This document shows positions 35,064 to 45,017 of a DNA stretch of 64,000 bases, piece after piece. The number at the start of each line of letters is the position of its first letter. The first letter of the stretch is position 1. This DNA is from Clostridia bacterium (GTDB lineage Bacteria > Bacillota > Clostridia > Christensenellales > CAG-314): contig JAQVWG010000005.1 in the NCBI GenBank assembly GCA_028698585.1, forward strand, positions 5,983-69,982, read 5' to 3'. The notes under the pieces are model-generated. The model was not told the DNA's origin. It did not search any database and was given only the letters and a program-made list of their open reading frames with translations. Both the position numbers and the translations under genes were made by a program.

Positions 35064-36425
35064 TTATTTGACAAACATTTTGATTATTCTTGTGTTATTA
35101 TGATCGGCATATCTAAATGGTAAATCCATTTTGCCCAGTCTCTGCACTATGCTCTTGTGGTGAGTGAACAAGTCATAACTAGCCTTGCCGTGATAACTGC
35201 CCATGCCGGATTGTCCCACTCCACCGAATGGCAGATATGGGGAGGACACATGTATTAAACTGTCGTTTACACAACCGCCACCGAACGGCACAGTACTGAT
35301 TACCTGCCTAATATGGGTCTTGTCATTACTATAGATATACAGTGCAAGTGGGTGAGTGTTCACATCTATTATATTGTAGATATCGTCAAAGTTGTCGAAT
35401 GTGATTATGGGTAGGATTGGGCCGAATATTTCTTCGCTCATACATTTGTCGTCAAGCGTTACATTGTCTAGTAGGGTAGGTTGTATTTTGAGCGCTGTGC
35501 TGTCGCATAGGCCACCATACACCACTTTACTGGCGTCTATCATTCTGTTCAACCTATCGAAGTGTTTAGCATTAACTATCTTGCCATAATTAGCGTTATC
35601 TAATGCGTTATCGCCATAGAAATGATTAATGTAGCCTTTCATTGACTCAATCAACCTATCCTTAACACCGCTATGAACAAGGCAGTAATCAGGCGCAACG
35701 CAAGTCTGTCCAGCGTTAATAAGTTTACCGAACATTATGCTCTTGGCTGATAAATCGATGTCTGCGCTACTATCAACTATACAAGGACTCTTGCCACCCA
35801 GCTCTAGAGTAACGGGAGTCAAGTATTGAACGGCTTTTTGCATAACCAGTTTGCCGACGTCTTTGCCACCGGTAAAGAATATATAGTCCCACTTACAGTC
35901 CAGTAACTGCGCATTGACATCTCTGCCACCGGTGGTTACTGCCACATAGTCGGGGGAGAAGCACGCAGTTAATAGTTGCCTTATTACATTACTCGTTGCA
36001 GGAGAGTAGTTGCTGGGCTTAATAACGGCAGTGTTGCCGGCAGATAATACACCCACCAACGGACAAAGCGTGAGCATCACAGGATAATTCCACGGACTCA
36101 TAATCAGTACTCGCCCGTATGGTTCGGGAACGATATAACTTCTGGCTGTCATATATAACGGCGTGGGTACTCTCTTGACCTTAACCCACCGAGATAAATG
36201 CTTAAGTGAATAGTTAATCTCGCTAATTACTAGCCCTATCTCCGTCATATAACTGTCCTTGGCACTCTTGCCTAAATCTGTATATAATGCATTACACAAT
36301 TCTGTTTCCCGTGCTAGCACCTCTTGTTTAAGCCTTAATAATGCTTGCTTGCGCCAAGAGATACTACGAGTAACGCCACTATTGAATAGTTTTGTCTGCA
36401 TATCGATAATTGACTGATAATCCAT
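35064..36425 (-). CDS. Class 3-type NAD(P)+ aldehyde dehydrogenase
   Basis: ELGGKSP and the catalytic Cys in NAGQTCVAPDY; 453 aa. Confidence 0.9.
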   Translation of the reverse strand: MDYQSIIDMQTKLFNSGVTRSISWRKQALLRLKQEVLARETELCNALYTDLGKSAKDSYMTEIGLVISEINYSLKHLSRWVKVKRVPTPLYMTARSYIVPEPYGRVLIMSPWNYPVMLTLCPLVGVLSAGNTAVIKPSNYSPATSNVIRQLLTACFSPDYVAVTTGGRDVNAQLLDCKWDYIFFTGGKDVGKLVMQKAVQYLTPVTLELGGKSPCIVDSSADIDLSAKSIMFGKLINAGQTCVAPDYCLVHSGVKDRLIESMKGYINHFYGDNALDNANYGKIVNAKHFDRLNRMIDASKVVYGGLCDSTALKIQPTLLDNVTLDDKCMSEEIFGPILPIITFDNFDDIYNIIDVNTHPLALYIYSNDKTHIRQVISTVPFGGGCVNDSLIHVSSPYLPFGGVGQSGMGSYHGKASYDLFTHHKSIVQRLGKMDLPFRYADHNNTRIIKMFVK

Positions 36426-36558
36426 ATATTATCTCCTTGTTCAATCTATATCTGTTTATTGTATCATACTAACGATATTTGTCAACATAGAATTAGGCAA
36501 CACCTATGCTAAGTATTGCCTTATACGTCTTGATTGTTGGTTAATAATCAGTTAGTGG

Positions 36559-37098
36559 TTACTTGTATAAATCGTCCTTAAGTACGCCTATGTAGGGTAA
36601 ACCACGATATTTTTCGGCATAATCTAGGCCGTACCCAACAACAAACTCATCTGGTATCTCAAATCCTAGGTAGTCTATAATTATAGATACACTTCTGCGA
36701 GAGGGCTTGGACAACAGAGAGGCTATGCTGACACTCTGTGCACCACGAGTGTATAACAACTGCTGTACGTATTTCATCGTAATGCCCGTATCAATTATAT
36801 CCTCTACCAGAATGATGTGTTTTCCGTTGACCGAAGTGCCAATATCCTTAAGAAAACGCACTTCACCGCTACTGCGCATACCCATGCCGTATGTAGATAT
36901 ATCTATGAAGTCCACCATAACTCCTAAGTCAATCTGTCTTATGAGGTCGGCAAAGAACAGATAGCACCCTTTAAGCACGCCCACCATTAGTACCTCTTTA
37001 CCCTTGAAGTCCTTAGTAATCTGCTGTCCTATCTGTTTAACTCTCTCTTGTATCTGTGTTTCCGTAAGTAAAATCTTCTTTACATCATCGCAAGGCAT
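36559..37098 (-). CDS. hpt: Hypoxanthine-guanine phosphoribosyltransferase
   Basis: PRPP-binding motif ILVEDIIDTGIT; conserved position directly after tilS. Confidence 0.9.
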   Translation of the reverse strand: MPCDDVKKILLTETQIQERVKQIGQQITKDFKGKEVLMVGVLKGCYLFFADLIRQIDLGVMVDFIDISTYGMGMRSSGEVRFLKDIGTSVNGKHIILVEDIIDTGITMKYVQQLLYTRGAQSVSIASLLSKPSRRSVSIIIDYLGFEIPDEFVVGYGLDYAEKYRGLPYIGVLKDDLYK

Positions 37099-37101
37099 AC
37101 T

Positions 37102-38385
37102 CTACTCCTTCTTGTCTAGTGTCAACTTATATATATCGCTATTATTATCCGTCCTAATGCTGTCGCTTATCTCTACACCAACTATTGCCAGTATGTCCTG
37201 TCCGTGTGCTAGCAGTATCAGTTGATCACGCATATTAACTGGTATCTTCTTGTCAATCAAGTAATCCTTAAGTTTCTTGGTGCCACCACCGAACTTGGTG
37301 AACATATCTCCCTCGCGCCTAGTGCGAAAACAACTATCGCTAGGTACCTTAGCTATGTCGAACTGATGTCCAGTGCCCTGCTTGGATACAGCTATTATGC
37401 TGTTGCCAACCGCAACCTTGCCTATCCCGAATGCGACGCTATCACAATATAGTATTGCTTCTTGGCGCTTTTCGATAGTTACATCGTCATAGCCCCGTGT
37501 GGCAGTTAAACCGAATGGTAAATCTATGCTTTTGCTCACTTGCTTATTGGCAAGGCCAATTATATCCTCAATATGTTTAGCCTCTATATCTACGCAGTAC
37601 CCTAGTTGTTGGAACATATCGAACAGGATTCGAGTGGATAATGAGCGAGCAAGTGTTAATAGTTTGACATCGAATGTAACGCCACCAGGAAAGAAAGTGG
37701 GCGGATTATTGACATAGATTACGCCTATTATGTTACGGAACATTTCCTCATCCTCGCCTAGGTGTCTGCCGAACTTGGCAATATTATCTAGTGCGTTAGG
37801 ATTGACTTGAGTAAGGATTGGTAGTACCTGATGTCTGACGTAGTTACGCTTATATGACGTGTCGTCATTAGTATAATCGTGCGCATAGGGTACATTGTTA
37901 TCTTGTGCATATTGTTCGATATCCTGTCTAGAAGTGAGTAATAGCGGTCGATATATATCATCTGCATAATAACTCATGCCCACACCACCTTTAACTCCAC
38001 TCCCACGCAGTATGTGCATAAGTATGGTTTCTACTTGGTCGTTCTTGTTGTGTGCAAGGCACAACACTCTACCCCCTGCGAATTGTCGTAAAACATTCCT
38101 GCGCAGTATTCTGGCAGAAGTCTCTAAACTGAGTTTATTATCTCTTGCATGCGTAGGCACGTCAACTGTCAGTATAGTGCAGTCAACGCACAGTTTATCG
38201 CAATACTGCTTGACTAAATTGCAGTCGTGTAATGCATTGTCCCGTATTAGGTGATTGACCGTCGCTACGCAGAATGTACCCTCGTATTGCTTGGCGAACA
38301 AGTCCAGCATAACCATAGAATCTACACCACCTGACACTGCTAGTACCACGCTCTGCTTGTTGAGTTGACCATAATCCATTTCCAT
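37102..38385 (-). CDS. tilS: tRNA(Ile)-lysidine synthetase
   Basis: PP-loop LAVSGGVDSMVM. Start moved to the ATG at 38385 (MEMDYGQ...); the track TTG start lies in a -35-like box. Confidence 0.85.
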   Translation of the reverse strand: MEMDYGQLNKQSVVLAVSGGVDSMVMLDLFAKQYEGTFCVATVNHLIRDNALHDCNLVKQYCDKLCVDCTILTVDVPTHARDNKLSLETSARILRRNVLRQFAGGRVLCLAHNKNDQVETILMHILRGSGVKGGVGMSYYADDIYRPLLLTSRQDIEQYAQDNNVPYAHDYTNDDTSYKRNYVRHQVLPILTQVNPNALDNIAKFGRHLGEDEEMFRNIIGVIYVNNPPTFFPGGVTFDVKLLTLARSLSTRILFDMFQQLGYCVDIEAKHIEDIIGLANKQVSKSIDLPFGLTATRGYDDVTIEKRQEAILYCDSVAFGIGKVAVGNSIIAVSKQGTGHQFDIAKVPSDSCFRTRREGDMFTKFGGGTKKLKDYLIDKKIPVNMRDQLILLAHGQDILAIVGVEISDSIRTDNNSDIYKLTLDKKE

Positions 38386-38394
38386 ATTAGCGAC

Positions 38395-38424
38395 AGTATA
38401 ACACAGCGCATAAGTTTTTGACAA
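38395..38424 (-). promoter_or_regulatory. Candidate tilS promoter placed 9 nt from the ATG (possible leaderless mRNA)
   Basis: Minus strand reads TTGTCA (38424-38419), 18 nt, TATACT (38400-38395), 9 nt, ATG (38385). No SD. Confidence 0.4.
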
Positions 38425-38489
38425 TTATTTTGTTCTAAACTCTGCTTAATGCCTATTAAATGGCAGATAAATCCTAACGAAAACACCAA

Positions 38490-38654
38490 TCAACTCATAA
38501 GTTGCAGTTGTTCTCCACAGTTTTGACAGATATAATCTTTTTCGCCACAACACTTGGTACATACAGTGTTGCGACAGTTAGGGCATATTGCCGAATATTC
38601 GGTCAGTAAATGCTCCTTACATACTGAACACCTCTTAATCTCTTGTTTGTTCAT
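38490..38654 (-). CDS. 54-aa zinc-ribbon mini-protein with four CxxC pairs
   Basis: MNKQEIKRCSVCKEHLLTEYSAICPNCRNTVCTKCCGEKDYICQNCGEQLQLMS. Strong GGGAGGTG SD 6 nt upstream of the ATG at 38654. Confidence 0.55.
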   Translation of the reverse strand: MNKQEIKRCSVCKEHLLTEYSAICPNCRNTVCTKCCGEKDYICQNCGEQLQLMS

Positions 38655-39285
38655 AATTATCACCTCCCTTAATCTCTCGTTTTGCAATAGATATCAGTTC
38701 TTGATGTGTTATCTATGTATAATAGTTGAAGTGTTCTTTAGTATCACAACAATCCCACGATAGTATCTACGCATTATTACTATATGGCGTTATTTAATAC
38801 GCAATCAGTCTAAGGAATAGTCGCTAGTGGCATTATCTCAGCGTAGATTCTGTTTACGAGCTGGTGCTGTTGGCACTTGCACAACATACAATCTGTGTAA
38901 ATCATCTCGTTATCACTACTCAACGCATCATATCAATACTTATTTAGCGCACCAATGCTCTCGTATGCACAATTAACGTGAATACATATACTGTTGATGC
39001 CTGATAACCGTATGTTCGGTCTGTAGATTCCCGTGTATTACTTCTTATGAGCTTATGTGTAATATAGTTTTGCCTATAGTGCCCCTAGGTGCAAATTAAC
39101 TTGAATACCGTTGTTCTTCCGCGCTAACAACTTAACATACTGTTCAATGCTATTATTGACCAATGACTCAACAATATGTGGTTAATTGCGTAAATTATTC
39201 CTTTTTTATTTACAAATAACAGTTGTTGATGTAAAATTATTGACAATAGAATGATTAACATTATAGATACAGTAGAGGTGTTGTT

Positions 39286-40377
39286 ATGAAATTAGGAGTC
39301 GTAGGACTACCAAATGTTGGCAAAAGCACGTTATTCAATGCAATCACGCAAGCAGGTGCAGAGTGCGCCAATTACCCTTTCTGCACAATCGAAGCCAATG
39401 TCGGTGTGGTGGCCGTACCTGATTATCGACTAGACCGGCTTGCCAGCCTATATGATAGCAAGAAGGTCACACCTGCAGTAATCAAGTTCGTGGATATAGC
39501 AGGACTGGTTAAGGGTGCGAGTAAGGGTGAAGGTCTAGGCAACAAATTCCTCTCCCACATAAGGGAAGTAGACGCCATTGTACACGTTGTTAGATGTTTT
39601 ATTGACAGCAACGTTGCCCATGTCAATGAGAAGGTCGACCCAGCTAATGATATGGAGACAATCAATCTGGAATTAATTTTTGCAGACATTGACACCGTAA
39701 TGGCGCGCTTAGATAAGGCAAGGAATATGATTAAGACGGGAGAGAAAAAATACTATCAGCAAGTTAAGGTGTGTGAGAGTATTATGTCCCATCTTGAACA
39801 AGGTCAACCTGTGCGCACTATGACTATTGATAAGGACGATAGAGAGTTCGTTGACAGTATGTGGTTATTAACCGCTAAACCCATGATGTACGTTGCCAAT
39901 ATTAGCGAAGATATGCTGGGCAAAAGTGAAAGTAGTTTAGTCAAGGCAGTGCGCATTCAAGCACAGAAGGAGAACACACAATATATCGTATTGTGCGCTA
40001 AGGTAGAGGAGGAATTAACTCACCTTAATGCCGAAGAAAAAACGTTTTTTTGCGAGAGTTATGGCATAACTAGAAGTGGCTTAGACCTCTTGGTCGAGAA
40101 AGGATATGCCCTTCTGGGGCTCATATCTTACCTCACAGCCGGCGAAAAGGAGACTAGGGCTTGGACTATACTGCAAGGAACACGCGCTCCACAGGCCGCA
40201 GGGAAGATTCATACAGACTTCGAAAAAGGTTTTATCCGAGCCGAAGTTGTCCCCTACGAAACGCTTATGGAATACCGTGGATATAACAACGCCAAGGAGC
40301 AGGGTAAAGTGCGTAGCGAGGGTAAAGACTACGTAATCAAAGACGGTGATGTGGTGTTGTTCAGGTTCAATGTATAA
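39286..40377 (+). CDS. ychF: Ribosome-binding ATPase YchF/Ola1
   Basis: MKLGVVGLPNVGKSTLFNAIT... with a C-terminal TGS-like domain; GAGGTG SD. Confidence 0.95.
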   Translation: MKLGVVGLPNVGKSTLFNAITQAGAECANYPFCTIEANVGVVAVPDYRLDRLASLYDSKKVTPAVIKFVDIAGLVKGASKGEGLGNKFLSHIREVDAIVHVVRCFIDSNVAHVNEKVDPANDMETINLELIFADIDTVMARLDKARNMIKTGEKKYYQQVKVCESIMSHLEQGQPVRTMTIDKDDREFVDSMWLLTAKPMMYVANISEDMLGKSESSLVKAVRIQAQKENTQYIVLCAKVEEELTHLNAEEKTFFCESYGITRSGLDLLVEKGYALLGLISYLTAGEKETRAWTILQGTRAPQAAGKIHTDFEKGFIRAEVVPYETLMEYRGYNNAKEQGKVRSEGKDYVIKDGDVVLFRFNV

Positions 40378-40504
40378 CTGCGATTTATTATCCCTGTTTA
40401 GCGTGATATAGGCTGGCAACATGGAGTCTGTACACAGTTGAGAATGTAGTTATGATAGCGTTAGTGTGCTAATCAATCAATTATCTCCTAATATTCAGTA
40501 ATAA

Positions 40505-40534
40505 CCCTGCTTGTGTATATGAGCAGGGATTTTT
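40505..40534 (+). terminator. Rho-independent terminator downstream of ychF
   Basis: CCCTGCT / AGCAGGG stem with a 10-nt loop, followed by ATTTTT. Confidence 0.65.
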
Positions 40535-40981
40535 CATTATCGCTTAACGCTTATACAACTGTAACTTACATAGGCTTTTGAGTTATTATTTGTGATGTTA
40601 CTAGACTACTCAATCGAGGTAGTTACTTATGCATTCATAACACACCGATATCGAGTGCCAAATGAGTCCTGAACATATTAATACCAATCAATCTCGACCT
40701 GCTTAATAATAGCTAAATATACGTATTCGAGTTGGCTAGACTACTATAGAGAGACTATTATTTATGCATTCAAAACCAGCACTTATTACAGTAAAAAGGA
40801 AACCGCATTGTAATATAAGTTAATTGTCAATATAATTCCTCTATAATTATTCTATAATATGGCATTATGGATTAGTTTGATTATTAGATTGAGGTTGTTA
40901 TTCCCAGTATTCATAATGCACAGATACTGGGGCCAAAAAAACAAATATCTTTTTTTTCTTTTCATTTTACGACAGTTGGTA

Positions 40982-40987
40982 TATAAT
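40982..40987 (+). promoter_or_regulatory. Consensus -10 box 7 nt upstream of the MBL-fold gene ATG (possible leaderless mRNA)
   Basis: TATAAT at 40982-40987, then gtagaat, then ATG at 40995. No SD. No convincing -35. Confidence 0.3.
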
Positions 40988-40994
40988 GTAGAAT

Positions 40995-41753
40995 ATGAAA
41001 ATATGCACCCTGTATTCTGGTAGTAGTGGCAATGTAGCATTGCTCAAGGCTGATAACTGTAACATACTGATAGATTGTGGAGTGGGATATCGTTCCACAG
41101 TAAGCGCACTCAATAGTAAGGGAATTAATCCTAGGAGTATTGACGCAATTTTTATTACCCATGCGCATGGCGACCATATCAATGGTATATATAATTACGT
41201 ACACTTCAATCCCACTGTCAACATATTCGTACATAACGAGGGGTATAATGAGTTCAAATCAAGGACGGGTTGCCACGCTGATACATTCAACAGTGCATTC
41301 GACTATAAGGGATTACAGGTTGACTTCTGCCAGTGTTATCACGATGTGGATTATTGTAACGGTTATTCATTCAGTCAAAACGGTCAGCGTATATGCTATG
41401 TAACCGATACGGGTTGCTATGATGATGCTATGGTGGAGTTCATTAAGGGAACCAACGTGTTAGTATTAGAGAGCAATCACGACAAGAATATGTTGATATC
41501 GGGTATCTATTCACCCATGCTCAAGAGAAGGATTCTTTCGGTATGCGGACACCTGTCTAACGACCAAGCAGGCGAACTGATGAGTAAGACCTTAAACGGT
41601 AACACTAAATCAGTAATACTTGCCCATCTATCCGAGAATAATAATTTACCTTCAATTGCTTTGAAGAGCGCTCGCAAAGTGATAGATGATATGGGGCTGA
41701 CTGTCAATCTAGTGGTAGCAACACAGAGCGCGCCTAGTATAGAGGTTGATTGA
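40995..41753 (+). CDS. MBL-fold metallo-hydrolase (WalJ/YycJ-like)
   Basis: MKICTLYSGSSGNVALL... and the metal-binding motif THAHGDH. Confidence 0.85.
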   Translation: MKICTLYSGSSGNVALLKADNCNILIDCGVGYRSTVSALNSKGINPRSIDAIFITHAHGDHINGIYNYVHFNPTVNIFVHNEGYNEFKSRTGCHADTFNSAFDYKGLQVDFCQCYHDVDYCNGYSFSQNGQRICYVTDTGCYDDAMVEFIKGTNVLVLESNHDKNMLISGIYSPMLKRRILSVCGHLSNDQAGELMSKTLNGNTKSVILAHLSENNNLPSIALKSARKVIDDMGLTVNLVVATQSAPSIEVD

Positions 41754-41754
41754 T

Positions 41755-42762
41755 ATGATTAAGAGTCGTAAGTATTTAACGCCCAATGATGTATTCATAC
41801 TGTTTCCCATTGTGGTAGCAGTGTTTATTCTCGTGCAAGTAGTATGTCTGTTTGCTTCCACCGTGTTGGAGACATTACTGCCATTGCCTGCCAATATGAG
41901 TACACAGTGGACAATCATGCTGAGCACTCTGTCCATTGGATTGACTGTCATTGTGTATGCTCTAGTACGCAGAATAGACTTAGTTACTATTACAGGAGTC
42001 AGCCGAGCGCCTAAATGGAGTCAATTGGCCTGTATGGCGCTGATACTGCTAGGTGTGCTTGCCATAGGCATACCTTTATCTAACATGTTTTCTAGGTGGC
42101 TCAACATTGACAGCCGAGGACTGAACATTCCTGTTGGCGAAGTATTGAGCGCGGGTGATGTAATGTTCCTACTCGTTGGAGTATGTATATTGCCTGCATT
42201 GTGTGAGGAATTATTCATGCGTGGAGTCATAGCCATTGGTCTTGCACGGTTCGGCAAAATTAAGGCGTCTATTATCTGTGGCATATTATTCATGCTATTT
42301 CACATGAATGCACTCCAAACGGTACATCAAACATTCTTCGGTGTAATACTCGCCTACATTATGTTATCCGGTGGCAATATATGGGTATGCGTAATCATGC
42401 ACTTTACCAACAATTTCCTCTCTCTCGCATTGAGCTCTCTGATGCCACTACAGTTGCAGGAGATACTTTTCGCTAATATGTGGTATGTATCAGTCATTTT
42501 TGGTATCATTATTGTCATAGTTGGCATTATACTGTACAAGCGAGTTGTAGGGCAGGACGCATATGATAAGGACAGCGAATTGACGCTACTTAACAATCAA
42601 ACTGATTATAATCAAGCCATTTATAATGTTGATAATGGCGCCTGCGACACGCAAGCAATCCAAGTCCAACCGTTAGAGAAGATTAATATAGTTGCCATAA
42701 TATTCTTTGCGCTGTCAGTCGTGCTCTGCGCTGTCTTATGGATATCATCACTAATGACATGA
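41755..42762 (+). CDS. CPBP-family intramembrane glutamic endopeptidase (CAAX/Abi type)
   Basis: Motifs EELFMRG, FHM and HFTNN in a polytopic protein. Start moved to the ATG at 41755 (GAGGT SD). Confidence 0.8.
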   Translation: MIKSRKYLTPNDVFILFPIVVAVFILVQVVCLFASTVLETLLPLPANMSTQWTIMLSTLSIGLTVIVYALVRRIDLVTITGVSRAPKWSQLACMALILLGVLAIGIPLSNMFSRWLNIDSRGLNIPVGEVLSAGDVMFLLVGVCILPALCEELFMRGVIAIGLARFGKIKASIICGILFMLFHMNALQTVHQTFFGVILAYIMLSGGNIWVCVIMHFTNNFLSLALSSLMPLQLQEILFANMWYVSVIFGIIIVIVGIILYKRVVGQDAYDKDSELTLLNNQTDYNQAIYNVDNGACDTQAIQVQPLEKINIVAIIFFALSVVLCAVLWISSLMT

Positions 42763-43202
42763 AAATTAATATAGTTAGCGTTGGCAGAATTAAAGAACAG
42801 TATTATTTATCTGCCATAGAAGAGTACATTAAACGATTATCTGCCTATTGCGTGGTGGAACAGACTGTTATTACCGAGATGACATGTGATAACAATCTGT
42901 ACAAGGAAGGGCAGAAATTGTTACCCAAACTTAATGGATATGTAATAGTACTGGATAGATTGGGAACTCAATTAGATAGCATTGAGTTGGCACAGCGAAT
43001 TGACAAAATTGGGCTAAGTAATTCAACAATAACTGTAGTAATAGGCTCAACTGACGGCCTTGACGACAATGTCAAGAAACGGGCAGACTTGCTGTTATCC
43101 TTTTCGCCCATGACTCTGCCACATTCTCTAGCCAAGGTGGTTTTGGCCGAACAATTATACAGAGCATATACTATAATCAATAATGGCAAGTATCACCACT
43201 AG
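42759..43202 (+). CDS. rlmH: 23S rRNA (pseudouridine1915-N3)-methyltransferase
   Basis: MKINIVSVGRIKEQYYLSAIEEYIKRL... SPOUT-type; ATGA overlap with the upstream stop. Confidence 0.85.
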   Translation: MKINIVSVGRIKEQYYLSAIEEYIKRLSAYCVVEQTVITEMTCDNNLYKEGQKLLPKLNGYVIVLDRLGTQLDSIELAQRIDKIGLSNSTITVVIGSTDGLDDNVKKRADLLLSFSPMTLPHSLAKVVLAEQLYRAYTIINNGKYHH

Positions 43203-43338
43203 ATAACGTGACACATTAGACTATATAAGCGTAACTATAACCAATCGTTATAATTATTATGATTATGCTGATTATTACGAGAAAGGACACTATAATTAAG
43301 CAATCTCTAATAAGAGTTGCAGAAACTAACGGACGATT

Positions 43339-45003
43339 ATGAAAAACAATTACACGCCTAAATCTCTATTTACCGACACCGACATAGGTCAACTACCCTT
43401 CGATAAGCAGGTGGTTAAGAGCCACAGAACTAAGGGTGTTACAGTAGAGTATATTTACTTTACAGGTAGGAAATGTGAGGACGGCATTAGCATTATCTAC
43501 GGTGTTATCGCCTATCAGAAACTCAATCAACCTGCCATTATATTCATAGGGGAGATAGGCAAACGGATTGATGAGGACAACCTAATATATTGGGCAAGGC
43601 AGGGATACACAACCATTTGCATAGACTATGCGGGCGACATGGGACAAGGTGCGCACACAATATATCCCGACTCTATATTCTACGCTAACCTCAACCAAGC
43701 AGGTAGATACCTGCGCTACGTAGATTATGATGCCAAGAGAACTACATGGTACGAGTACGACTATAATACCCTGCGTGCTATAAGTTTACTTGAGAAAGAA
43801 TACGGAGCAGATAAGATAGTATTATGTTCTCAAGGTGGTAAGGCTAGTAAAGTGGCCGTTCACACGCTGGCATTTAACAGTAACATCTGTTCTGGTGCCA
43901 TAGCATTCGGAAACGTGTGGGAGGAGTACAACGGCAACAGGCGAGAGATAGACGGTATGACTGCATCTCAATTAACGGACAGCATCGAGAAAATGGAGGA
44001 GGAGGAAAGGTGGTTAGCAGGCATTTGCACGCAGACCTACCTAGTAGACGTTCATCAGCCTGTCTTCTTAATAACCGGCGCTAACAGTACCAAAACTAAT
44101 ATGCTAGACAACCGTGCAGGTATGTCAAGATGTCCCAACAGATACAGTCGTAGTTGGTTTGTACCCAATTTAATTGACAATATTGTGGATGAAGTGAGGA
44201 AGAATCTTCAAGAATGGTTCCAACTGACTATGCATTCCAGACCCGTTCCTCCAGAGCCTAAGGTCAGTATCAAGCGCAAAGAGGGCAGAATAACTGCAGT
44301 AGCACAGGGCAGTGTAGATAATACGTCCATTAGTTATGCATTGTCGCTAGACGATAAGAAGGGCAAGTACTGGATAACACCAGCATTAGATACCGAAGAG
44401 GACTGTGTCAAGACGGACATAGTAGTGTATGATAGTAACGCAACACTGACTATATTCGCCAACACCACTAATAATGGATTCACCTGTTCGAGCGAGCCGT
44501 TGTCAATCAAGCTCGGCAATTACAGCAATTTAGTCGAACAGAAGTTACCTAAACTGTTATATGCCAATACACAGGACATCACACAGTTTATGCCGATAGT
44601 AATAGACAATAATCAGGTATATACTGTCGACCAAACACTCAAAATAAAGAAGGGAGCATTTAACATTAAGGGTTGTGCAGGCCGAAACATTGCTACATTC
44701 GCACTAGGGCAGTATGCATTCGATACGATTAAGGACTGCTCGCTGTCGATGGATATCTATTCTGCCCAACCGCAAGATATAGAGATATCTTATGTTGTCA
44801 ACTGGGGGGAGAGCAATCAAGAGATATTTACTAAGACAGTCAACCTTGTAGGAGGACAACTCTGGCAAAAAATAATATTGCAACCCAGAGAGTTCAAGAC
44901 TAAGATAGGCAAAGTTGGTGATGTGCAATCATCAAGTAATATATCCGTGCTTATTATCAATGCGCCCCAAGAAGTGTGCATTAATAACGTAATATTTGTC
45001 TAG
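43339..45003 (+). CDS. Hypothetical 554-aa protein; the N-terminal part may be an alpha/beta-hydrolase fold
   Basis: Long ORF with a codon style like its neighbours. Only weak esterase-like hints (IIFIGEIG..., LCSQGG). No firm motif. Confidence 0.55.
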   Translation: MKNNYTPKSLFTDTDIGQLPFDKQVVKSHRTKGVTVEYIYFTGRKCEDGISIIYGVIAYQKLNQPAIIFIGEIGKRIDEDNLIYWARQGYTTICIDYAGDMGQGAHTIYPDSIFYANLNQAGRYLRYVDYDAKRTTWYEYDYNTLRAISLLEKEYGADKIVLCSQGGKASKVAVHTLAFNSNICSGAIAFGNVWEEYNGNRREIDGMTASQLTDSIEKMEEEERWLAGICTQTYLVDVHQPVFLITGANSTKTNMLDNRAGMSRCPNRYSRSWFVPNLIDNIVDEVRKNLQEWFQLTMHSRPVPPEPKVSIKRKEGRITAVAQGSVDNTSISYALSLDDKKGKYWITPALDTEEDCVKTDIVVYDSNATLTIFANTTNNGFTCSSEPLSIKLGNYSNLVEQKLPKLLYANTQDITQFMPIVIDNNQVYTVDQTLKIKKGAFNIKGCAGRNIATFALGQYAFDTIKDCSLSMDIYSAQPQDIEISYVVNWGESNQEIFTKTVNLVGGQLWQKIILQPREFKTKIGKVGDVQSSSNISVLIINAPQEVCINNVIFV

Positions 45004-45017
45004 GCGGTAAGTGTACT

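Noticed and set aside
40601-40775. Imperfect direct repeat of about 40 bp (ctagactact...ttatgcattca) at 40601 and 40736.
   Set aside because: Only two short perfect blocks (10 and 11 nt) are shared, with poor identity between them. I could not support a function. It is kept only as a note.
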